Under the pieces are notes generated by a model. That model was not told the DNA's origin and did not search any database. It worked only from the letters and a program-made list of their open reading frames with translations. From NCBI GenBank assembly GCA_964452645.1, contig CAYVMO010000010.1, positions 36,511 through 100,510 of the forward strand: 64,000 nucleotides of DNA, given 5' to 3'. Of the stretch, positions 29,677 through 36,873 are shown piece by piece. The translations under genes and the position numbers were made by a program. The stretch comes from an uncultured Ignavibacteriaceae bacterium. Its GTDB lineage: Bacteria; Zixibacteria; MSB-5A5; GN15; PGXB01. Position 1 is the first letter of the stretch; every line of letters starts with the position of its first letter.

Positions 29677-30171
29677 TTAATAGTCTTCAAGATGATGCCA
29701 CTCCGCATTCTCAAGCCACTGGGTCGGCCGATCCAGAAACTGCATGACATTTCCGATGACCAATTGATGACGTCGTTCTTCATCGGCTATTTTATTAAAA
29801 ATTTCTTTCTGATCGGCATCATCCAGTTCATTCGCATTCTTGCGATAGAGTTTCTCCGATTTAATTTCAATATCCATTGCCGTTTCCCAGATGCTTCTGA
29901 CTTCACCGCCGAAAACATGCTCTTTACCGTCGGCTTTTAAAGCTTCAAAGACATTTTTGGTCGTCGATAAAATCGTCGTCTTTTCCTCTTCGCGATATAC
30001 CGCCTTTTCTTTATCATTCAGAGCCTTGAAAATTTTATAATGTTTCAACTCATCATCGGCAAGTTCCGTCAGAACCTTTTTCAATTCCGGCAAATCGGTT
30101 TTTTCAGCATGTTTCAGATAGTACGCACGACCGTCCTCTTCCATCTTCATGGCGAATTCAAAAATATTCAT
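29677..30171 (-). CDS. Stand-alone ferritin-like diiron protein (rubrerythrin-family four-helix bundle, no rubredoxin domain)
   Basis: 164 aa. It has two ExxH motifs (DDELKH, DEERRH) and an N-terminus FEFAMKMEEDGRAYY. Confidence 0.75.
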   Translation of the reverse strand: MNIFEFAMKMEEDGRAYYLKHAEKTDLPELKKVLTELADDELKHYKIFKALNDKEKAVYREEEKTTILSTTKNVFEALKADGKEHVFGGEVRSIWETAMDIEIKSEKLYRKNANELDDADQKEIFNKIADEERRHQLVIGNVMQFLDRPTQWLENAEWHHLEDY

Positions 30172-30245
30172 TATTTCCTCCTGAATTTCTCCAATAATAT
30201 CACCTTCAATTGCAATAAAAACTCGTTCACTCTTACATTTATTTT

Positions 30246-30959
30246 TTACGCCGCCTCGCTTGACGAATCGATCTGCTCTATTGCCTTTCGGGCAATATCG
30301 GAAACAGTGGTTTCCCAGAGATTTCCGCCGTCGAAATCGTAAAGAATAACTTTCGTCCGGTCATCAAGCAGCTTTTTCATTGACTCGCGGTACTGTTTAG
30401 CGCCGATAGCCGCCAAAATCAAGGCCGCATAGCAGCGAATCGTCGGATCGGAATTGAACAGGGATTCGCTGATTTCCGGGGCGGATTTCAAAAAAGGACG
30501 GGCATCAACCGAAGCGATCCGATAAATCGCCAGGTGCGTTCCCCGTTCGAATGGTTCTTCTTTTATAAAAGACGGCAATATATCGGCTGTACTTTCGATA
30601 AGAACGGGAACATTGACAAGAATCTCGCCAATCATTTCCGGAGCAAACCATGCCAGCCCGCCCGATTCATCATTCATAAGCCACAAAAGCCGTCGCACGA
30701 AGTCGCGGACCTTCTCAATATTAATCGCGGCGCGAGCTTTGGCGACTTTCCCGGTCGCCTCGATTGTCCGCCATCGAAGAAGCCCCTCAACCTCATATGT
30801 GAGAGAAAGCAAAATCCTGAAGGGATTTCGAACCTCGCCGGCCCATTTTTCCACCGCGTCGAAATCGCGACGTTCCAATAACTTTTTCACCTCGGCTTTG
30901 CGGCTCTGGCTGCTCATCGAACTGATTTTTATCTCCGAACAATCCCGGTCAGGTTTCAT
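30246..30959 (-). CDS. Helical-repeat (HEAT-like) protein of unknown function; resembles the family I recall as DUF-type 'DVU0298-like'
   Basis: 237 aa, predicted all-helical. It has a central LMNDESGGLAWFAPEMIGEI motif. Its start codon overlaps the ferritin stop (ATGA at 30956-30959). Confidence 0.6.
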   Translation of the reverse strand: MKPDRDCSEIKISSMSSQSRKAEVKKLLERRDFDAVEKWAGEVRNPFRILLSLTYEVEGLLRWRTIEATGKVAKARAAINIEKVRDFVRRLLWLMNDESGGLAWFAPEMIGEILVNVPVLIESTADILPSFIKEEPFERGTHLAIYRIASVDARPFLKSAPEISESLFNSDPTIRCYAALILAAIGAKQYRESMKKLLDDRTKVILYDFDGGNLWETTVSDIARKAIEQIDSSSEAA

Positions 30960-31471
30960 TCGGCTGTGGTCGTTGGGGGAGTAAAAACCCGCTGGCCAAG
31001 CTCACGATCAATCTGGAACAATCCCGCTTTGGAATCTCCTAACAATTTTAGCTGCTGGATAATCGTTTTCGCTGAGGCTTCTTCCTCTACCTGTTCATTG
31101 ACAAACCATTGTAAAAATATCTGCGCGGCATGATCTTTTTCAGACTGCGCGATCTCCATCAGATTATTAATCAGACCGGTTACTTTTTGCTCATGCTTGT
31201 AAGACGATTCGAATACATCCAAAGGCGACTTCCATTCGGAGGGTGGCCCGTCAAACGGTTTAACCAACGCCCGGCCATCACGCTCGATAATATATTCGAA
31301 TAATTTCATACCATGGGTAACTTCTTCCTGATATTGAACCCGCATCCAGTTGGCAAAACCGGGTAAATCGATTGATTCCAGATATGATGCCATTGACAAA
31401 TACAAATGCGCCGAATAAAACTCCGCCGCGATCTGATCGTTGAAAGCATTTTGCATTTTTGAGTTAATCAT
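30956..31471 (-). CDS. ftn: Non-haem ferritin
   Basis: 171 aa. NDQIAAEFYSAHLYLSMASY...QYQEEVTHGMKLFEYI carries the ferroxidase-centre residues typical of bacterial Ftn. Confidence 0.92.
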   Translation of the reverse strand: MINSKMQNAFNDQIAAEFYSAHLYLSMASYLESIDLPGFANWMRVQYQEEVTHGMKLFEYIIERDGRALVKPFDGPPSEWKSPLDVFESSYKHEQKVTGLINNLMEIAQSEKDHAAQIFLQWFVNEQVEEEASAKTIIQQLKLLGDSKAGLFQIDRELGQRVFTPPTTTAE

Positions 31472-31502
31472 CTATTTCATCCTTTCTGCAAATAATCCTG
31501 GA

Positions 31503-32015
31503 TTAAAATGGAGCGAAACCACCGGAAGACCAGAAGTCTTCCTTCAATTCCTCCTGTTGTTTTAACAATGCATGATAATGCCCCGACTCCCATTCGGCCA
31601 GTCGGGCATAAAATTCTTTGATTACCGGATCACCGGCCGCTTCGGACTGCGAATGGTAAAAGTCCATCGAATCCTGTTCAAGTTGAAGACCGATCGCAAG
31701 CGAAGTCATTTCAAAGTTGGCATCCTTAATCCGTGATTTTAATCTGTCGGAAAATATCGGTGACATACCGGACAGGTCGGCCTGAGGGCCAATTTCTATC
31801 GATTCATCCGGTTTGCCGGTTTCCATAATCGCGTAGTACTGCTTCCGCAAAAACTGCATGTGATTGAGTTCCTCGTGCGCTAGCGTCTGGAATACTTCTT
31901 TTCCCTTGGTATCCTCAGTACTGTTGGCGGCCATGAGATAAAAACTGTGACCGTACCTTTCCGCCTTGATCGCTTTCATCAAACCATCGGTGATAGCCTT
32001 TTGATTTTTATCCAT
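31503..32015 (-). CDS. Stand-alone ferritin-like diiron protein (rubrerythrin family)
   Basis: 170 aa. It has the ExxH pairs HEELNH and EWESGH, plus ERYGHSFY and LEQDSMDFY helices. Confidence 0.75.
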   Translation of the reverse strand: MDKNQKAITDGLMKAIKAERYGHSFYLMAANSTEDTKGKEVFQTLAHEELNHMQFLRKQYYAIMETGKPDESIEIGPQADLSGMSPIFSDRLKSRIKDANFEMTSLAIGLQLEQDSMDFYHSQSEAAGDPVIKEFYARLAEWESGHYHALLKQQEELKEDFWSSGGFAPF

Positions 32016-32043
32016 TCATGCATCTCCGGATATTATTGTGCCT

Positions 32044-32499
32044 TTAATTCTCGGCGTAGATTTTCTCGTCGTATTCGATTTCAAACATCAGTTTGTGCTT
32101 GGCCTCCTCCTGCGCCAGCGCCTGAAAAGTTTCTTTCAGCTCCGGCTTATCGGTCGCTTTAGCCAGATCGGTATACAGCTTAAAAGATGCTTTCTCGGCG
32201 TTCATCGCCGCCAGAAGAGCGCTCTGGAAGTCGAACTCACCCTCTTCAAAACGCGTATCGTCAAGAAATTCAACGACTTTCAAGTCCATTACCTTCTGTT
32301 TGGCCGACAACAACAGCTTGCCTTCTTTGACCTTCTGCAATTTTGCTTTATGACTTTTTTCCTCGAGCGCAAACTGCTCGAATAAGTCTTTCATGTGAGC
32401 CTGTTTCATCTTTCCGGCCAGGTCGGTATAGAATTGAGCCGCATCTTCCTCTTTGGTAATCGCAAAATCCAGAATCGCGTCGACTGAGTCGAATTTCAT
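32044..32499 (-). CDS. Stand-alone ferritin-like diiron protein (rubrerythrin family)
   Basis: 151 aa. It has EEDAAQFY, EEKSH, AEKASFKLY and EEAKH motifs. Confidence 0.75.
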   Translation of the reverse strand: MKFDSVDAILDFAITKEEDAAQFYTDLAGKMKQAHMKDLFEQFALEEKSHKAKLQKVKEGKLLLSAKQKVMDLKVVEFLDDTRFEEGEFDFQSALLAAMNAEKASFKLYTDLAKATDKPELKETFQALAQEEAKHKLMFEIEYDEKIYAEN

Positions 32500-32524
32500 T
32501 TTTGTCTCCTATCTTGACTGAGCT

Positions 32525-32908
32525 TTATTTTGTTTTCCACAAACCATGTACATTGCAATACTCGCGCGCAGTAAACTGACTGCCGTCGACGGTGAAAAAC
32601 GCTTCCGGCTTTTCGCCCGGATTGAGAAATTGCCGATAAGCCTTGCCGTCAGCAATCACTTCAATCCATTCGATAAAATGCTCATCCTGCATCGGATGCG
32701 CCACCGAACCGACTGTGACCTTTATTCCGCCGTCGGCTTTTTCGATTACCGGGACATGCTTTTCGGTCGCGGCATCGGTTTCACCCTCTTTCTGAAGCCT
32801 CATGTTCTGGCCGCAGCAAACCAGCGTCCCGACGCCGGCGTGGATCATTTCCACGATATTGCCGCAGACCTCGCACTTATAGACTTGAAGCCTTTCCGTC
32901 ATTACCAT
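32525..32908 (-). CDS. dfx: Desulfoferrodoxin (2Fe superoxide reductase)
   Basis: 127 aa. Centre I is CEVCGN...CCG. Centre II ligands are present ([22 protein letters not shown]). Confidence 0.93.
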   Translation of the reverse strand: MVMTERLQVYKCEVCGNIVEMIHAGVGTLVCCGQNMRLQKEGETDAATEKHVPVIEKADGGIKVTVGSVAHPMQDEHFIEWIEVIADGKAYRQFLNPGEKPEAFFTVDGSQFTAREYCNVHGLWKTK

Positions 32909-32949
32909 ATCCTCCTGGAAATTGATACAATTCTTTCCAAAAACTGTTC

Positions 32950-34362
32950 TTACCCTTCTTTGTTATCCATTGGATTTTTTATCATCTTTCCAATTTCCAA
33001 AATTTCCCGGAGTTTGTCAATATCCATAATCTTTTTAGATATGGCCATTTCTTTGACTGAGATGTTCTTTGCGAGTGCTTCTTTAGCCAACTCCGCTGCT
33101 TTTTCGTACCCGATATACGGGCTCAGAGCGGTGGCCAGAGCGGGACTTCTTTCGGCATAAAATCGGCACTTTTCTTCATCGGCGATAAGATCGACGACAC
33201 ATTTTTCGGTAAAACTATTAATTCCGCCAGTCAATATTTCTATTTCGTGCAGCAGGTTGTAGGCCACAATCGGCATCATCACATTCAGCTCCAGTTGACC
33301 TGCCTGAGCGGCACGGGTAATCGTCAAATCACAGCCCAGAGCGTGAAAACAAACCATATTAAGCATTTCCGCCAGTACCGGATTTACTTTTCCGGGCATA
33401 ATCGATGAGCCGGGCTGCACCGCCGGAAGCTTAATCTCTCCCAGGCCGGTTTGCGGACCGGAACTGAGCAGCCGGAAATCATCGGCGATTTTTATCAGGC
33501 TGGTAATTAAAACTCGCAAGGCGCCCGCTATTTCAACGATAGCATCGAGGTTTTGCATCGCCTCGAACATATTGGAAGCGGTTCGGAATTTATAGCCGGT
33601 AAGTTTATTGATTTCTGCGATGGTATTCTTAATATATTTCGGGTCGGTGTTCATACCGGTGCCGACCGCCGTACCTCCGATACATATTTCCAGAAGAGCG
33701 TCAGCCGCCGTTTCAATCCGCCGCCGACCGCTTCTCATCATCGCGGCATAAGCGCCGAATTCCTGTCCCAGGCTGATCGGGACCGCATCCTGAAGATGTG
33801 TCCGACCCGATTTAAATATTTTTTCAAACTCTTCGGCCTTTTTATTTAATTGCCTTTCGAGTTCCTCAACAACAGGCAGTAATCTTTCCTTTGTTTCCGT
33901 ATATGAAGAAATATGTATGGCAACGTGAATCGTATCGTTCGTCGACTGGCTCATGTTGGCATGATCGTTGGGATGGACCTTTTTATAGTCGCCCTTTTGC
34001 CCACCCAATATCTCGATGGCGCGATTGGCCAGGACTTCGTTGACATTCATATTTTGCGAAGTTCCGGCCCCGGCCTGGAATGCATCGACCACGAATTGAT
34101 CGGCGAATTTCCCACTAATAATTTCATCGGCCGCCGTTATCAGCGCCTGACCGATAGTTTTATCCAGCCTTCCGGAGGCCATATTGGCCACTGCCGCCGC
34201 TCGTTTGATTATGGCCTGAGCGCGTACGAATGACGGCTGCAGCTTCAGTGTACTAACCTTAAAGTTCTCCACCGCGCGTTGTGTCTGGGCTCCATAGTAA
34301 GCCTCCTGCGGGACCTGTACCTCGCCCAGTGTATCTTTTTCAGTTCGGTACTTCATCGTCAT
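32950..34362 (-). CDS. aspA: Aspartate ammonia-lyase / class II fumarase superfamily enzyme (AspA-like)
   Basis: 470 aa. It has the [11 protein letters not shown] signature. The context [28 protein letters not shown] and [13 protein letters not shown] looks closer to aspartase than to FumC, though GAQTQRA is fumarase-like. Confidence 0.8.
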   Translation of the reverse strand: MTMKYRTEKDTLGEVQVPQEAYYGAQTQRAVENFKVSTLKLQPSFVRAQAIIKRAAAVANMASGRLDKTIGQALITAADEIISGKFADQFVVDAFQAGAGTSQNMNVNEVLANRAIEILGGQKGDYKKVHPNDHANMSQSTNDTIHVAIHISSYTETKERLLPVVEELERQLNKKAEEFEKIFKSGRTHLQDAVPISLGQEFGAYAAMMRSGRRRIETAADALLEICIGGTAVGTGMNTDPKYIKNTIAEINKLTGYKFRTASNMFEAMQNLDAIVEIAGALRVLITSLIKIADDFRLLSSGPQTGLGEIKLPAVQPGSSIMPGKVNPVLAEMLNMVCFHALGCDLTITRAAQAGQLELNVMMPIVAYNLLHEIEILTGGINSFTEKCVVDLIADEEKCRFYAERSPALATALSPYIGYEKAAELAKEALAKNISVKEMAISKKIMDIDKLREILEIGKMIKNPMDNKEG

Positions 34363-34374
34363 TCGTACCGGCCA

Positions 34375-34893
34375 TTAGCCGATAACTTCCCTGAGTGCTT
34401 TCAGGACATCATCGTAATTCGGTTCCTTGGAATTCTCCTCGGCATACTGAATATATTTGACCGTTCCGTCCTTGCCGACTATGAACACGACACGTGCCAG
34501 AAGCCGCAGTTCCTTTATTAACACCCCGTAAGCATTGCCGAATGATGCGTCGCGATAGTCGGAATATACTTTGACATTCTCAACACCGGCCGCACCACAC
34601 CATCTCCCCTGAGCAAACGGCAAATCCATACTGATTGTGAGTATGACAACATCATCACCCAGATTAGCCGCTTCTTTATTAAAACGCTTCGTTTCCAGAT
34701 CACAAGTCGATGTATCAAGCGACGTAACCGACGCAATTACGATCGTTTTACCTTTAAAGTCCGTTAGCTTTACCGGTTTTAACTCACCATTCAGCACCGT
34801 AAAATCGGGAGCCTTATCTCCAATTTTGACCTCATTGCCTATTAAAGTCAAAGGATTCCCCTGTGCTTTGACAATATTATTTCTTTCAACCAT
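34375..34893 (-). CDS. tpx: Thiol peroxidase Tpx (atypical 2-Cys peroxiredoxin)
   Basis: It has SLDTSTCDLETKRFN (peroxidatic Cys) and DLPFAQGRWCGA (resolving Cys). The ATG at 34893 follows GGAAGGAGA. The track ORF extends to 34938. Confidence 0.9.
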   Translation of the reverse strand: MVERNNIVKAQGNPLTLIGNEVKIGDKAPDFTVLNGELKPVKLTDFKGKTIVIASVTSLDTSTCDLETKRFNKEAANLGDDVVILTISMDLPFAQGRWCGAAGVENVKVYSDYRDASFGNAYGVLIKELRLLARVVFIVGKDGTVKYIQYAEENSKEPNYDDVLKALREVIG

Positions 34894-34950
34894 TTTTCTA
34901 TCTCCTTCCAAAGTACTGACGCGCTCTTTTTGCGTCACCGATATAATTAA

Positions 34951-35538
34951 TTACACATGTTTCGCCAAGTACCTGGCCACGCTGTCCGGCGTCTCTTCCA
35001 TACCGTCCTCGCCCTCGTGCCAGTCTGCCGGGCAAACCACTCCATTTTCCTCAGTGAATCGCAGTGCATCAAGCATCCGCAGAGCTTCGCTAACGCTTCG
35101 CCCCAAAGGTTCATCGTTTACAACAGCATGACGAATAATACCCGATCTGTCAATCAAAAAGAGCCCTCGCAGGGCCTTCGAATCATTAAATAAAACGCCA
35201 TACTTGCGCGAAATTTCCTTGTTCAAATCTGCCACCAGCGGGTAATTTATAGCCCCGATACCCCCATCTTTGGGAGCGGTTTTTTTCCACGCCAGATGGG
35301 TATATTTGGAATCGACCGAAACCCCGATAATCTCGGTATTTTTGGCCTTGAATTTATCCAGCGCCTTATTAAAAGCGATGATTTCCGACGGACAAACAAA
35401 CGTAAAATCCAAGGGGTAGAAAAACAGAATTACGTATTTACCCCGATACGATGACAGTCTTAGATCGTCGAATGAATTATCCGGCATCACCGCCTCGGCA
35501 GTGAAATCGGGAGCCTCCTTGGTGACCAAAAATGACAT
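34951..35538 (-). CDS. ahpC: Typical 2-Cys peroxiredoxin (AhpC/Prx1 type)
   Basis: 195 aa. It has FYPLDFTFVCPSEI (peroxidatic Cys) and VVCPADW (resolving Cys). Confidence 0.92.
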   Translation of the reverse strand: MSFLVTKEAPDFTAEAVMPDNSFDDLRLSSYRGKYVILFFYPLDFTFVCPSEIIAFNKALDKFKAKNTEIIGVSVDSKYTHLAWKKTAPKDGGIGAINYPLVADLNKEISRKYGVLFNDSKALRGLFLIDRSGIIRHAVVNDEPLGRSVSEALRMLDALRFTEENGVVCPADWHEGEDGMEETPDSVARYLAKHV

Positions 35539-35603
35539 TTTTACTCCTCCTATTTTATTATTATACTATTTAATCCTATATAGTTTTGTGAATTTTTCTT
35601 TAA

Positions 35604-36041
35604 TTACCCGTAGGGATACATTCCTTTCTGAATTGTCCCCAGAGTTTCCAGAATTTTATTATGCTTGTTTTCGTCGAGCAACAGATAGTTAAGCAGATAT
35701 TCCTGGACCACCATTTTTCTGCCTTTCAGCGACTCAATAGCTTCATTGGCCAGTTCGACCGACTTTTCCTCGAGCTTTATGTGCTTTTCAATCAAATCCC
35801 AAACATCAGCCAATTCATCGGGAGTGAGTGCAATTGTATCCGACTCCAGGCTTCTGGCAATGATATCCTGAACGCGATGATGCATCTGTGAATCCCGCTG
35901 GATAACTTCCATGATCAGCCTGACAATAGGATTGTTCGTTTTTTCAATTACATTTCCGGTTGACGCCACCCCGGCATCCTCGATTTTCTGCCAGCGTCGC
36001 ATGTTGTCAATAATCTTTTCCTGAATCTTTTTTGTAGTCAT
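35604..36041 (-). CDS. Conserved-looking helical protein of unknown function in the PerR operon
   Basis: 145-aa ORF sitting tightly (5 nt) after the perR-like gene. It is predicted helical, with His-containing segments (RDSQMHHRVQD, DENKHNK). No motif was recognised. Confidence 0.65.
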   Translation of the reverse strand: MTTKKIQEKIIDNMRRWQKIEDAGVASTGNVIEKTNNPIVRLIMEVIQRDSQMHHRVQDIIARSLESDTIALTPDELADVWDLIEKHIKLEEKSVELANEAIESLKGRKMVVQEYLLNYLLLDENKHNKILETLGTIQKGMYPYG

Positions 36042-36046
36042 TCGCC

Positions 36047-36484
36047 TTACCTCCGGTTTTTGTACTTTGTTGTTTTAATATTACTTCGTTTATTTTTTTG
36101 ACAATCGGGACATATTCCGACGAATTCGAAATGATGCCCTAAAACCAGATAACCGTTAAGTTTTTCCGGTTTTTTATTCATTCTATTGAGTGAAAAATCA
36201 TATAGATCATCGATTTTTCCGCATTGATTACATCGAATATGATAATGCCTATCGATATCACCGTCGAAGCGAGCCTCGGAACCGCCGGGCCCCAGTTTAT
36301 TTATAACTCTTTCTCTTGAAAGAACCTCCAGATTCCTGTATATGGTCCCCAGGCTGATTCTCGGCAACCGCTTGCGGACTATTCTATAAAGCGAGGTCGC
36401 AGTCGGATGCGATTTATGCTTCCGCAGCTCTTCCAAAATTACCTGTCGCTGGCGTGAATTTCTTCTTGTTTTCGTTATTTCCAT
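36047..36484 (-). CDS. perR: Fur-family transcriptional regulator, PerR-like
   Basis: 145 aa. It has a winged helix (RQRQVILEEL...HPTATSLY...ISLGTIYRNLEVL) and structural Zn CxxC pairs (CNQCGK, CPDCQ). It heads a peroxide and superoxide defence block. Confidence 0.85.
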   Translation of the reverse strand: MEITKTRRNSRQRQVILEELRKHKSHPTATSLYRIVRKRLPRISLGTIYRNLEVLSRERVINKLGPGGSEARFDGDIDRHYHIRCNQCGKIDDLYDFSLNRMNKKPEKLNGYLVLGHHFEFVGICPDCQKNKRSNIKTTKYKNRR

Positions 36485-36498
36485 AATATTATCAAATC

Positions 36499-36514
36499 AA
36501 TAATAATTATTATT
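36499..36514. promoter_or_regulatory. Candidate Fur/PerR box
   Basis: A perfect 16-bp AT palindrome AATAATAA|TTATTATT lies 15 bp upstream of the perR-like start codon. Confidence 0.5.
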
Positions 36515-36800
36515 ACTGATAACATTTAATAATCCCGGCGGTTCCCCAAATATACAAAATTACTAAATAAATTTCCGATTCGATCGATTTGTAGATTCTT
36601 TTAAACCGGATGCGGTCTGATTTTATACTTCTGCTCGAAAGTACTGACGTTTATTTTCTATGATGGTAATGTCGCTCTAATGTGCTCGGCGGATTCATAA
36701 ACCCGCCGCGGTTGGCTGAAGAACCACCGGTCGCGACTTGGATTCACCAACTTTTTGCGACAAAATTTCCGAGAATTGCAATAAACAAAGTAGATAATCG

Positions 36801-36838
36801 AAACAAAAAAACGGGTCGGCCAGTTTGACCGACCCGTT
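36801..36838 (-). terminator. Rho-independent terminator of the M14 peptidase gene
   Basis: On the minus strand AACGGGTCGG pairs with CCGACCCGTT (36810-36838) and is followed by TTTTTTTGTTT. Confidence 0.85.
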
Positions 36839-36873
36839 AAGGAGCTAAAAATACAACAAGGGTAATCTAAATA

